This document shows, one piece after another, positions 11,278-24,052 of a stretch of 60,000 nucleotides of DNA (its first letter is position 1; each line of letters starts with the position of its first letter). The notes beneath the pieces were generated by a model. It was given only the letters and a program-made list of their open reading frames with translations. It was not told where the DNA came from and searched no databases. Source of the DNA: Chiloscyllium plagiosum. Taxonomy: Eukaryota. Made by a program: the position numbers and the translations under genes. The stretch lies in the NCBI RefSeq assembly GCF_004010195.1, contig NC_057751.1:9747457-9807456 (forward strand). Reading direction: 5' to 3'.

Positions 11278-11535
11278 GATTTGGACGTGCCGGTGTTGGA
11301 CTGGAGTGTACAAAGTTAAAAATCACACAACACCAGGTTATAGACCAACAGGTTTAATTAGAAGCACACTAGCTTTCAGAGCGTCGCTCCTTCGTCAGGT
11401 GATAGTGGAGGGCTCAATCCTAAAACACAGAATTTATGGCAAAAATTTACAGTGTGATGTAACTGAAATTATACACTGAAAAATTGATTAAGCCTTTCAT
11501 CTGTTAGAATACCATGATAGTTTCACTTCTTTCAC
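11278..11535 (-). mobile_element. Penelope-like terminal repeat (second family) with intact minimal hammerhead motif
   Basis: Minus strand CAC-CTGACGA-A-GGAGC GAC GCTCT-GAAAG-CTA-GTG (core 11370-11398). Related copy at about 35940-36108. Confidence 0.7.
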
Positions 11536-11539
11536 TCCA

Positions 11540-12740
11540 TCAGACTTGGAATGTGGGCAGAGAGGGTGCCTGTGAAAGGGTGTTTTTCTGACTAGGGGAG
11601 GTCTGTGAGCAGTGGTGTTCCCTCAGGGTCAGTGCAGGGAACACGGTTGTTTGTAGAAATGATTTGGATGAAAACGTCAGTGGACTGAGCAGTAAGTTTG
11701 TAGGCAACATGAGAATCGGTGGACTGGTGGATTCCAGCAGGATATAGTTCACCTGGAAAGTTGGGCAAAGAAGTGGCGGTAATTAATCCAGACAAGTGTG
11801 CAGACGATGCATTTTGGAGGTCAAATGAAAGAGTGTACTGTGCAGAGGAACCTCGATTATCCGAACAAGATGGGCGAGCGCTTTTGATGGGCTATTCGGT
11901 TAATTGATTTCCTCTGGAGCTCGGGGTTTTCTATGAGGTCTGCTCCCCGTTTGGGAGACTAAACAGTAGCGCACCATGCTCGAGCCCCACCCCTGTCTGC
12001 TCCCCAACCCCATCCCCATCTGGCCCCTAGCCCCAACCTCATTTACTCCCGCCCCTGCCTGCCCCAACCCTGTCCACTCCTGCCCGCACCTAACCCCATC
12101 CAACACCGCCCCCCGATTTCCGGCTAAGCCGCGCCCCCCTCCCCTGGCACCTGAACTGCACACCAGTAGTAAGATTGCTGCTGCCTTTGTGGGGTAAGTC
12201 TCCAAATAGCGCATGCAAGCACACACAGCTTTTTACTGCAACTTTTTGCCCTGTACAGGACAATGTTGGAGAGATTGCCTGGGGATGAGGGGTTTAGGGA
12301 TCATGCCTATGTAGAACTCCAGGAAAAGTGTTGGGGGAGAGAGAGAGAGGCTGAGGAGCAACCTCAGAAGTATCTAAAATTATGAGGTGTGTGCATTGGG
12401 TGGATGGTTGGAGTCTCTTCCCCATGATGGAAATGTAAAATACAAGGGGGCATAGATTTAAGGTGACAAGGGAAAGTTTCAAAGAGGGAGGAGATGTACA
12501 AAGCAAGTTTATTTACCCCAATAGTGGTTGGTGCTTAGAATGTGCTGCCAGGGGAGGTGGCTAGAAGTAGATGACAATAGCAAAGCTTGAGGCATGTCGA
12601 CAGACAGGTGAACAGGCAGGGAACAGAGGAGACTGACCATGTGCAAGCTGTTGGAAAAAGTTGAGAATAGCATCATGGTCGATAAAGACATTTTCAGCTA
12701 AAGAGCCTGTTCCTGTGCTGTACTGTACTCTGTAATGGTG
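11540..12740 (+). mobile_element. Degenerate CR1 LINE fragment interrupted by another element
   Basis: Remnants of SGVPQGSV, LDENV and FNPDKC motifs and a CR1 3' tail at about 12700-12735. Confidence 0.65.
11843..12290 (+). mobile_element. Possible truncated Tigger/pogo-like non-autonomous DNA transposon
   Basis: Begins CAGAGGAACCTCGATTATCCGAA, resembling a Tigger-type TIR, and interrupts the CR1. No matching right TIR seen. Confidence 0.4.
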
Positions 12741-13189
12741 ACGGTGTCCATTGTGACACAAACTAATCTGGTTCACAAATGTTCTCGAGGGAAAGAAATC
12801 TGCTTTTTTTTTTGCCAGTTTGGCCTACATAAGCCTCCTGATCCACAACAATGTGGTTGACTTTTAGCTGCCCCTGAAATGTTGACTTTTAGCAAGCCCC
12901 TCAGTTCAAGGCCAATTTGCAAATCTTTAGTGTAAAACAGTGTGAATGTCTTTGACTTTGGCTCATTGTGATTTTGTGACTTGAGTGCCTCCCTGAGCAT
13001 ATGCTCCTTGAATAAAGTAGGCAGTTCCAATCATCACCTCACTGGAATGATGTGATCACCTTGGAGGAGTTCAAGGGGAGCCATACAAGGTGGTGGTCTG
13101 AACTTTAGTTTTGGTGGAAAAATGAGGTTCTTTGTGCTTGTTTTCTGTGGAACAGATGGAGGCTTTTAGGTGATTTCATTCAGGCTCTG

Positions 13190-13408
13190 AAATCACGCAG
13201 AGGGTGGTACGTGTATGGAATGAGCTGCCAGAGGAAGTGGTGAAGGCTGGGACAATTGCAACATTTAAGAGGCATTTGGATGGGTACATGAATAGGAAGG
13301 GTTTGTAGGGATATGGGCCTGGGGCTGGCAGGTGGGACGAGATTGGGTTGGAATATCTGGTCGGCATGGACGAAGGGTCTTTTCCGTGCTGTACATCTCT
13401 ATGACTTT
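13190..13408 (+). mobile_element. CR1 3' end
   Basis: tggaatgagctgccagaggaagtggtg...gtacatctctatgact, the same family as 6490-7105. Confidence 0.8.
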
Positions 13409-13736
13409 ATGTCGTGCACCAGGAGAATATGTTGGAGAAGTTAAGTGTATATTACATCAGCTGGGTGATGTAAGGAAACTTGGAAAACTCCCTGCAGCCC
13501 TGTCCGGAAATGGCACAGTTGTTCTGCAATTTGTTTGCAGCAACATTATATGTTAATTCAAACAAAAATGGTTTCACAATGGCTAGAATTATCTTATCCA
13601 CCAATTATTTCATGTTCCCAGGGATGTTCTTCATAATCTTGACACTTTCTGCTGAATTTAGTTACTTTTCTCTGAAAGTTAGATTTGCTCATTAGAAAAC
13701 AGCAAGATTAAAATTTAACATGTTTCTCTTTTCTAG

Positions 13737-13786
13737 GTGCTTTGGGATCTTATCGGAAACAAACAGTTTTGTTCCTTCAAAGTGAA
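13737..13786 (+). CDS. MAK16: MAK16 exon 2
   Basis: ttctag|VLWDLIGNKQFCSFKV AA|gtgagt. Confidence 0.95.
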
Positions 13787-14177
13787 GTGAGTAAAGATTC
13801 CCAGAAAAATAAATCTGAAATGCGTCTTCTTCTGGAAAGTTATTTGAATTGTCTGCGACTGGCTGGGATTTGGCCTCTTTGAATGTTGAGCTGGCTTCAT
13901 TTCTTCATTTCCTCATTTCCTTCTGTCAGACTCAAGCTAAGTGTTTTGTATTTCATGAACAGGGAGAAGCAGCTGTCCCTTCTGAATATGCACCTTTGTG
14001 CTCAGGAATGCCCTGAATCCTCTCACCACCCCTCCTCCGTGTATGGGAGGATCTGGAAGCTAATGGACCTCTTTCGTATTGGTGCCTTGTCAGTAAAACA
14101 AAGCAAACTCAGTTGGATCGAAGACACTTGTAGCCATTTAGCCCGTTGCACCCAGGATGGCTTTTTGAAGGAGCAGG

Positions 14178-14915
14178 GCGAAAGTGAGGGCTGCAGCTGC
14201 TGGAGATCAGAGTCTAGATTAGAGTGGTGCTGGAACATGTACAGCAGGTCAGGCAGCATCTGAGGAGCAGGAAAATCGACGTTTCCGTCAAAAGCCCTTC
14301 ATCAGGAATGAGGCAGGGAGCCTCCAGTGTGGAGAAATAAACGGGAGGGGGCTGGGGCTGGGGAGAAAGTAGCCAAGATTACAACAGGTAGATGGAGGTG
14401 GGGATGAAGGTGATATGGTGGAGCGGATAGGTGGAAAGGAAGACTGGCAGGTAGGACTGGTCATGAGCATGGTTCTGAGCTGGCAGGTCGGAACTGGGGT
14501 AAGGTATGGGGAGGGGGAATGAGGAAACTGGTGAAGTCCACATTGATGCCCTGGGGTTGAAGTGCTCCAAGGCAGAAGATGAGGCGTTCTTCCAGGTGTC
14601 GGGTGGTGAGGTAGAGGTGGCCCAGGACCTGCATATCCATGGCAGAGTGGGAGGGGAGGTTGAAATGTTTGGTCACAGTGGTGGGCTAATTGGTCCGGGT
14701 GTCCCGGAGATGTTTCCTAAATCTCCCTGCGAGAAGGCATCCAGTCTCCCCAATGTAGCATCGGAAGCAACGGATGCAATAAATGATATTGGTGGATGTA
14801 CAGGTAAAACTTTGGATGTGGAAGACTCCTTTGGGGCCTTGGATGTAGGTGAGGGAGGAGGTGTGGGTGCAGGTTTTACAATTCCTGCAGCGGGAGGGGA
14901 GGGTGGGTTGTTGCA
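14178..14915 (-). mobile_element. Penelope-like element 3' part (GIY-YIG endonuclease plus terminal repeat)
   Basis: Minus ORF FTCTSTNIIYCIRC..CYIGETGCLLAGRFRKH (GIY-YIG), followed by a terminal repeat with a degenerate hammerhead core at about 14278-14305. Confidence 0.8.
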
Positions 14916-15269
14916 CTTGGGCCGTGTTGACAACTTCATTCTGTCTGCAGATCCATGTTTATCATTCTCAACGACTTCTCTGGTCCATTTTAAAATTGTT
15001 CACCAAAGGAGATTCTTCCAGCTTGTAGTCATAACAGCGTTTTATGAAGAGTCATTTAGAATTGAAACGTTAGCTTTCTTTCTCTCCATGGATGCTGCCT
15101 GACCAGCTGTGATTACCAGCATTTTTTGTTTTCAATCCTAACAATGTTTGAAGCTTTTTCCTTATCTTTTCTCTCCCCCCCCCCCCCCCCCCCAATCCTT
15201 TGCCAAGTATTTTATGTTTGTGGCTGCTGCCCATTGAATAATTTTAAACAAGGTTACAGCCTCTATCTC

Positions 15270-16185
15270 TGAGAAAATGAAGACTGCAGATAAGAGTCAA
15301 AAAAAGTGATGCTGGAAAAGCACATCCGAGGAGCAGGACAATCAACATATCGAGCATAAGCTCTTCATCAGGAATGGGGAGGGGGGTGTGGTGGCTGGGG
15401 CTGAGGGGGTAGGGAGCTCGGAATGTGAAAGGTAGATGAAGGTGGGGATGATGGTGATAGGTCAGAGAGGAGGGTGGGCCAGATAGGTGGGAAGAAAGAT
15501 GGACAGGTAGAACGGTTCAAGAGGGCAGTGCCAAGTTGGAGGGTTGGATTAGGGATAAGGTGGGGAGGGGAGGAAACTGGTGAAATCGATCCCATGTGGT
15601 TGGAGGGTCCCAAGGCAGAAGATGAAGTGTTATTCCTCCAGTCGTCAGGAGGTTAGAGTTTGGCAGTGGAGCAGGTAACCCAAAATTCACAACCTGACTG
15701 ACCCGGTCGACCCATCGTCTCCGCCTGCTCCTACCCCACCAAACTTATCTCCGCATACCTTGACAGCATCATGTCCCCCTTGGTCGAGGCTCTTCCCATG
15801 TACATGCAGGACGCCACCACGCTTTCCGTCTTCTCCATAACTTTCAGTTATCCGGCCCCAACACTTCATCTTCACCATGGACATCCAGTCCCTGTACACA
15901 TCCGTCCACTATGACGAAGGCCTTCAAGCCATCCGTTTCTTCCCCTCCCACCGACCCAACCAGTACCCATCCACTGACACACTCATTCGATGGGCTGAAC
16001 TGGTCCTCATCGTCAACAATTTCTCTTTCAAATCCTTCTACTTCCTCAGACCCACCCGTCTCCCATCATCTCTCAGCTCCACTCCCCCACACACCTGATG
16101 AAGAACTTATATTGGAAATGTCGACTCTGCTGCTCCTCACATGCTGCCTGACCCTCTGTGCTTTTCCAGCACCTCACTTTTGACT
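15270..16185. mobile_element. Rearranged Penelope-like insertion (inverted termini around an RT fragment)
   Basis: Terminal repeat in opposite orientations at both ends. Plus-strand FTMDIQSLYT...ELVLIVNNFSF is PLE RT motif A. Confidence 0.75.
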
Positions 16186-17129
16186 ACTGCCTCAATCTAC
16201 TCTGTCATTATCCAGTAGCTTCCCTTCCAGGGAACAATCATAATTTTTCATTCAGTCTTCCAAAATAAAGTTCTTGCAACATGGTAGCAACAGCTAAATC
16301 CCCCCACCCCCCATGTGCTGCCGTGCCCAGATAGACATCGAAATAACAGATTGATATTTATTCGTGACAAAATTTGAAGTGCAAAACGTAGCAAATGCTT
16401 TCCAAACATTGGAAAATGTATTTTCCAAAAAATTAGCATGAACTTAGATTGAGAGAAGTGTGGAGCAGAAGAGGTTAATTCTTAGGTGTCTTTCGAGAGT
16501 GTGGCTGAAGATGTTGCAGACCTAAAGGATTTCTGTTCTGGTTTCTCAAAGACACATGGTGTTTGGAAACCTCTGGCCTTTAATTTAAATTGTGGTTGGG
16601 CTTCTTTAGTGAGGAACAAAGAGCATGTAAGAAGTCTCCCTTTCATCTGCTGAAGGTGACTTTTAAACAGGGTATTTTTCTTTTGCTGGAACACGATCTC
16701 TTGCCTTGCGGTTGTCGTTTTTTCGTTTTGATCAACTGACTTGTGGTATTCAAACCAAAATGTTGTTTATCAAGTGTAAATTGTAAACTGTCTTCCATCA
16801 TGAACTGTCTCCTTACCATGTTAAATGGTGTCAGCTTTCCATTGTCCCCATCTCAGTGCTCTGGCCTCAAACAGCATAAGATGCAACCTCTCCTTCCAGT
16901 CAGTCTGAGATAACAACCTACACGTACAAGCCTGTTCGATTCCTTGCTTCATCTTGCTGCAGATTCCTGTGTTTTCCAGAATGAGACCTTCTGGAAAATA
17001 TTAGGCTGAGGCTTCCCATCCAATACCCGTCACCAGTTTATACTGTAATGTGTTTGATGTTTGACAGCTTCTTTGAGAACAAATGCTTCATAACTCTTTT
17101 CATGTTGATCCTCTTTCAATCCCCTGCAG

Positions 17130-17239
17130 AACGAAAACGCAGAACTTCTGTCGCAATGAGTACAATATCACAGGCCTGTGTAATCGGTCGTCCTGTCCTT
17201 TGGCCAACAGTCAGTATGCAACCATCAAAGAGGAGAGAG
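17130..17239 (+). CDS. MAK16: MAK16 exon 3
   Basis: ctgcag|[38 protein letters not shown]|gtaagc. Confidence 0.96.
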
Positions 17240-17309
17240 GTAAGCAGCCTGACCTGTGATTCATATCATCTTTCTACTGTTGTGTCAAACTTTAACCCGT
17301 ATTAACATA

Positions 17310-18030
17310 TAAACTAGGAGCAGGAACCCATTGAGCCTGCTGTTCTGTTCAGTATGATCATAGTTTATCATCTGTTCAGTGTGTTCCTTCCATGTTCTCC
17401 CCATTATAACACCTTGAACTCGTTAAGTCTCCAGAAACCTTTTTATTTATTTTTTTAAAGATGTTCACTGATTCTCCACTGCCTTCTTTGGTCGAGAACT
17501 CGACATGTTCACCATCCTCTTAATGAAGAAATTTCGCCAAGTCTCAGTCCTCAGTGGTCTACCTAGTGTCCAGATGCTGTGAGCCACTGTTCTTGAACCC
17601 CCCCTCCCACTGACAAGAGGGATGTCATCCCTGTATCCAGGCTATCTAGGCCTATCAAAATTCAGTGAGAATCCCTCCTATTTTTCTGAAGCCTATAATC
17701 TTCTTGTCCCAGGATTCAATGGAGTGAACCTTTCCTGCACTGCCTCTCTGGCAAGTAACTCCTTCCTTCGGTGAGGAGACCAAAAACACATACTAATCCA
17801 AGTCTGGTATCACCAAAGCCCTGTTGGTCCAGGAAGACAACCTAGCTCCTTTACTCCAAGTATCTTGCAGTCAAGACCAACATACTATTTCCCTTCCTAA
17901 ATGCTTACCTTATTGCTCAGTTTCAATGACTGGTATCCAAAGACATCTAGATACCTTGTGTGCCAACATTTCCCATGCTGTCACAATTTACATAATCATT
18001 CTTTTGATCATACTGAAGTGAATAATTTCA
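17310..18030 (-). mobile_element. Old CR1 3' fragment
   Basis: Degenerate similarity to other CR1 3' ends in the window (e.g. 51810-52700). Confidence 0.55.
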
Positions 18031-19012
18031 TACCTCAGCAATAACCCCAGCTGATGTTACTGGATAAGTCTGAAATCTGGCTTGACCGCTGATTTCTTTT
18101 TAAATTTTATCAGTTTGTATTTCGCTGAACAAAAGCATGCAGTGCTACATATTTGGTTTTAACAATAAAGCCGGAAGTTTATTACACAGAAGAGAAGGTG
18201 AAATAGAATAAACCAAGCTATTTATAAACAATACAACACAAAATATTTCAAGATGCAGTAAAAATATGATCCCACCTATCTATCCCATGTTGCTGCATGA
18301 CAGTACTCAAATACGCGACAGCATTCCCATCTCTGTCTTTTGGATTGACTTGACTGTTTTTTCCAGATAACCCCTTCAGAACTCAAGGCAAACGCTACCT
18401 GTGTAGAATTTTCAAACCAAGATTCTTAGACTGAGGTGACCTGTTTCCTAACTTGGCTGAACTGACCCCTTTCTCCTGAAGAAGCTGTTTCATCCATCTA
18501 ATTTCTGTCAGGACCTGTGCTTTTCGTTCCAGTTCACCCTTTCAAACTGAGTTTTTGGCCAACGGGAAAAAAAATCCTGATCCTTCTGAACTGAAAGCAA
18601 GCTCAAGCTCATCAGAGTTTACTCTGTCTGCTCATAAAACTCTCCCAACATAAAGAAATTGTCATTATCACCCCACAGACACGCTCTCACTCCCTGGTTT
18701 GAAAAAAAAAGTATGGTTCCGGAAATGCTGACAAGTTAGTCATTATATGCGCAGACCAAAACCCACATGCCATGTTATTAAAATCCAAATTAGAAATATT
18801 TCTAATCAAATTAGACTTATCCATGTATCACTCCTCAATTTGTCTGAATTGCACTGAAATGTCTTTGAAACATCCTCCTCATCACTCATAATCAGTGTTC
18901 CCACTAAATTTCTTCTGCAAGGACCTGGAACACGACAAGTTGTGTTATGACTTCTGGTGTTCGATGCTGTAAATGGCATGGCATACGGACCGAAACCCAC
19001 ATGCTGTTGGGG

Positions 19013-19355
19013 CAGGTGTCGAATGGTATTATTACCAGGTTATTAATCTAGAAACTCATCTGAAATTCTAGGGACCTGAGTTCAAATCCTGCCATGGCAG
19101 ATGTTGAAATTGGAATTTAATAAAGAGTTTGGAATTGAGGGTCTAATGAATATAAAACCATTGTCAATTATCAGAAAAACCCATCTGATTCTCTATTGTC
19201 CTTCACGGAAAGCAATCTGTCAACCTTACCTCACCTGGCCGACAGATCTACAGCCATGTGGTTGACTTTTAACTGCCCTGTAGGCAATTTGAGATGGGCA
19301 ACAAATGTTGGGCAAGCCAGAGACACCCACATTCCATGAGTGATTTGTCAAAAAA
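19013..19355 (+). mobile_element. tRNA-derived SINE (second family)
   Basis: B-box-like gagttcaaatcc, body aaaacccatctg...gttgacttttaactgccc and an A-rich tail. Partial copies at about 12760-12920 and 53620-53850. Confidence 0.7.
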
Positions 19356-19619
19356 AAAGAAAATATTTTGTTCATAATGTTTGTGAAACATTGCAGAAAG
19401 TGAAAAAAAAGTTCAAATTTCTTCAGATAGCTAACAGTCTGAAGTTCCTTAGTACTACTGCAATGCTCTTGATATTTCCAGCATTTATAAGGTGTGAAAC
19501 TGTTTCAGCTGACTTTTGGAGTATTTTGTATGCCTGTTTTTGTTGGAATGCATGCAGGGTATATATCTCCTCCCTCGCAGGTTTTCCATAAGATAAACTT
19601 GATATGTTGTATCCTGCAG

Positions 19620-19684
19620 GTCAGTGTTTCCTGTACATGAAGACAATAGAACGAGCTGCTTTTCCATTTCGATTATGGGAGCGG
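19620..19684 (+). CDS. MAK16: MAK16 exon 4
   Basis: ctgcag|[23 protein letters not shown]|gtaagc. Confidence 0.96.
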
Positions 19685-19799
19685 GTAAGCACAGTCTGTC
19701 TGAGCTGGGGAAGTTACCTTTGGTGTGATCATCTTGTTCGCAGTGAGAATGAAATGTTGTATGCTCACAACATAATGAGAAGAGAACACAACAGAAGAG

Positions 19800-21382
19800 G
19801 TGCTAAATGAATATTTTTCGTCCGTATTTACACAGGAAAAAGACAATTTTGTCAAGGAGAATATTGAGATACAGGCTATTAGACTAGACGGAATTGAGGT
19901 TCATAAGGAGGAGGTGTTAGCAATTCTGGAAAGTGTGAAAATAGATAAGCCCCCTGGGCCAGATGGGATTGATCCTGGGATTCTCTGGGAAGCTAGGGAG
20001 GAGATTGTAGAACCTTTGGCTTTGATCTTTATGTTGTCATTATCTACAGGAACAGTGCCAGAAGACTGCAGGATAGCAACCCTGGTAATTATAGACCAGT
20101 GAGCCTTACTCCAGTTGTGGGTAAAGTGTTGGAAAGGATTACAAGAGAGAGGATTTATAATCATCCAGAAGGGAATAATTTGATTAGGGATAGTTAACAC
20201 GGTTTTGTGAAGGATAGCTCGTGCCTCTCAAACCTTAATGAGTTCTTTGAGAAGGTGACCAAATAGGTGGTTGATGGTAAAGTGGTTGATGTGTTGGATA
20301 TGGATTTCAGTGAGGCGTTTGATAATGTTCCTCATGGTAGGCTATTGCACAAAATGCGGAGGAATGGGATTGAGGGTGATTTAATGGTTTGGATCAGAAA
20401 TTGGTTAGCTGAAAGAAGGCAAAGATTGTGGTGTTCTGCAAGGATCTGTTTTGGGTCCACTGCTGTTTGTCATTTTGAAAACAACCTGGATGAGGGTGTA
20501 AAAGGATGGGTTCGTAAATTGCAGCTGGCAGTCAGGTTGGTGGAATTGTGGACAGTGCCAAAGGAGGTTGCAGATTACAGAAGGGATATAGATAAGCTGC
20601 AGAACTGGGCTGAGAGGTGGCAAATGGAGTTTAATGCAGAAAAGTGTGAGGTGATTCACTTTGGAAGGAACAACGACAATACAGAGTACTGGGCTAATGT
20701 TAAGATTCTTGGTAGTGTGGATGAGCAGAGAACTCTTGGTGTCCACGTGCTTAGATCCCTGAAAGTTACTACCCAGATTGATAGGGTTCTTAAGAAGGCA
20801 TACGGTGTTAGCCTTTGTTGGTAAAGGGATTGAGTTTTGGAGCCATGAGGTCATGCCGCAGCTGTACAAAACTCTAGTGCAGCCGCACTTGGTGTATTGT
20901 TTACTCTTCTGGTCACCGCATACTAGGAAGGATGTGGAAGCTTTGGAAAGAGTGCAGAGGAGATTTACCAGGATGTTGGAATGGAGGGAAGGTCTTATGA
21001 GGCAAAGTTGAGGGACTTGAGGCTGTTTTCGATAGAGAGAAGAAGGTTGAGAGGTGATTTAATAGATGACCAGAGGATTAGATAGGGTGGACAGTGAGAG
21101 CCTCTTTCCTCGGATGGTGATGGCGAGCATGAGGGGACGCAGCTTTAAATTGGAGGGTGATAGAGGACAGATGTCAGAGATAGGTTCTTTCCTCAGAGTA
21201 ATAGTGGTGTGGAACACCCTGTCTGCAACAGTAGTAGACTGACCAACTTTAAGGGCATTTAAATAGCCATTGAATAGACATATGGATGATAATGGAATAG
21301 TGTAGGTTAGATGGGCTTCAGATTGGTTTCACACGTCGAGGGTCGAAGGGCCTGTACTGCGCTGTAATGTGATATGTTCTGA
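19800..21382 (+). mobile_element. CR1 LINE, 5'-truncated, degenerate ORF2 RT
   Basis: [60 protein letters not shown] with frameshifts and stops. Confidence 0.92.
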
Positions 21383-21698
21383 CCTATCAGGATATCTGTC
21401 AGAGAAATAGATCTTGGTGAAATATTTTCCTTGCTTAGTGTAACTGATCCTGTGACATTTAGTCACTTGGCTCACTGACATAACTGCACTAAGGGGATAC
21501 TGAACACCGTGAATCCTCTTTTACAAGAGTAAGAATAAAAATAAGTCCATGCACTTGAGGTGCGAAATAAACAAAACACGTGATGAGCAAGGAATAAGGT
21601 GCATGTGATATACATTGAGAACATCTTGGATGGATGAGGTGTATGCATGGGATATAGGAATAAAATAAGGGAACAGCTCATCAGTTAAATGAGGAATG

Positions 21699-22958
21699 TG
21701 CTATGGACGAGGCCAGGCAACCCAGACCATAACTTTACAATTTGTTTGTCAGTGTACAGTGAAAATTAACTGGAGTAAGTTAGCTAAGTTGACTACTCGG
21801 TTTTAAAACAGACACATTTATTCACAAAATTACACAATGAAACACAAATAACAGAATAAAGAACCCCTACAGAGCTCAGTCTATCCAAACTAGACTTAAT
21901 TATGCTGTTCCGAATATACACAACAGTCCCAATAAGCAAACCCCTTTAAAGAACAGTTTAAAAAAAAAGGAACAGATGCTTACATGTTGAAGTTAGAAGG
22001 CCAGAGAGAGAGAGAGAGTTTCCACACAGCTCACTGTTGAACTCCTGACTGGTTCTGGACTGAACTACTCAGCTGGAGAGCTGACCACTCCCCTCTCATT
22101 TTACAGGTAACTTCTAAAACATGACAATTTTGGCTTGAAGTCTCATCTGTTTACATAGCAACAAAAAGACTTCTTAATACCTTTTAATCTCTGTATCAAG
22201 CCAGTCTAATCAGAACCGGAAGTGTTTTATTACCCCTCTGAAAAAAACCAAGGACGCAGTATCTGTGGGAAAAGATTTGCTAACCCACGTTAGGCCCACA
22301 AAAGCCAAATTGGCCCAACTGTACCAGAACACCCAGAATTCCCAAGCAACTCACAAGCCGAATCAGACTCCCCGCAGACAAGGGAATATACTTTAAGCTC
22401 CCATGGACAATGATAGATCACCACAGATATCTCGAAGCCCCAAGGGCAGTTTCACAACCCAGCAATAGCAAAACCACACAAAGAGCAGGACACACACAGA
22501 AGCACCAGCATGGACATGCTCCAGACACAGGACAATGGAAGCACCTCACCACTTCAGAAGAGACCTACCTGTGAAGAGGAATGGACAGTTGGTACTGTCA
22601 GGATGTTGCATTGTGTGAAGGAACAGGGGATTCATCTGATATTTGTTTACCAATTAGCAACCTTGTAACTAAATTACTCCATTTCCAGATTCATTGTAGT
22701 TTCCCATTTCTTAATCAGTGTCATTGTGCAGCCTTACTCTAAAACTGGTCTCATCCTCAGCTCTGGGAAGAGAAATCTGATCTACCTGTCAGTCCTGTGT
22801 TAGCTGGTTTGTTTTCTCTCCCAGCGATATTGCTTGCAGTAAACTGTCAATTCACTTTGAGCTGTGTTTTGTGATCTCTAACGTATTGGGCACATTCCTC
22901 CGACAGTATCCTTGAGAAAAGGAACAGCTTTTGGAAAAAAGGGACCAGCTTTGTGATA
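21699..22958 (-). mobile_element. Solo LTR (Gypsy-like) with nested second LTR
   Basis: TG...TA (decayed CA) flanked by AATG direct repeats. Start resembles the 24627/45891 LTR family. Confidence 0.7.
22264..22905 (+). mobile_element. Nested solo LTR of a different family
   Basis: TGTGGG...CCGACA flanked by a 5-bp GTATC duplication (22259-22263, 22906-22910). AGTAAA poly(A)-like signal near the 3' end. Confidence 0.7.
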
Positions 22959-23161
22959 AATGTCATGCACAGTGTGTAAGCAATAGGTTTATGAGGGATA
23001 ATATTTCTGAACCTTGATGGATTCATGAGTTACTGTGGGTGCAGTTAGGACTAAACATTATACATCGTATAAGTTAAACCCTCAGATGATCACTGCATTT
23101 TGGAAGCTGTTCTGCCATTATCCACTTGTGCCTCGTGCAGTGTTTCATGTTTTGCTGATAG

Positions 23162-23419
<258 letters not shown>

Positions 23420-23445
23420 TAAGTTTGTTCTGGAATGTGGTATGA

Positions 23446-23525
23446 GCTTTGGTCTTGGTTTGTTTGGAGTTACAAACAAGCTGTTGCTTTGGTCTTGGTT
23501 TGTTTGGAGTTACAAACAAGCTGTT
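23446..23525 (+). repeat. Perfect 40-bp tandem duplication
   Basis: gctttggtcttggtttgtttggagttacaaacaagctgtt x2. Confidence 0.9.
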
Positions 23526-23997
23526 GGTTGGGATTTGGGCTATTACTGCCAGTGAGATGGAGCTTGAGGAAGACAGTCATCCAAGGTGCAAGGGTCATCT
23601 TTGTAAGTGCTGATCAGAGAGGGGCACATAATTGTGGAGGTGAAAAAGATATACTGACGTTGGGTCCATTTGTCTCTCAGCCAACTATGGTTACCTGGTT
23701 AATTTGAATATTTCCTGGCTCTTAAGGGTCTGAAAAACATTACTCAGGCAAGGAATGTAATAACATTTCAATTCTGGTGTAACATTGGCAAGCTCCCTCC
23801 AAGGTAGTTGATGGCTTTGAGCGAGGTAGCATTACCAACTGGACCATGCAAAAGGATCATCACTTTCTGACTCTCGACTTAGTGTGACAAAACCAACTTG
23901 TGTTAAAGCAGAGACACAGCCTGCTGCTGATTTCTCACTCACTGACTTCGACTTGTGTAATTTTAACCCTGTTCCTTTCACTTGTGTTTCTCTTTAG

Positions 23998-24052
23998 GAG
24001 GAAGCTGGTACCTTTAAACAAGAAGGTTGAACGGAGAGAGAAACGGAGAGAG
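23998..24052 (+). CDS. MAK16: MAK16 exon 6
   Basis: ctttag|G RKLVPLNKKVERREKRRE|gtaaga. Confidence 0.96.

Noticed and set aside
10864..11319. 151-aa ORF over MAK16 exon 1 suggesting an N-terminal extension
   Set aside because: It starts at TTG and reads through the donor. The conserved start is MQHDD at 10969.
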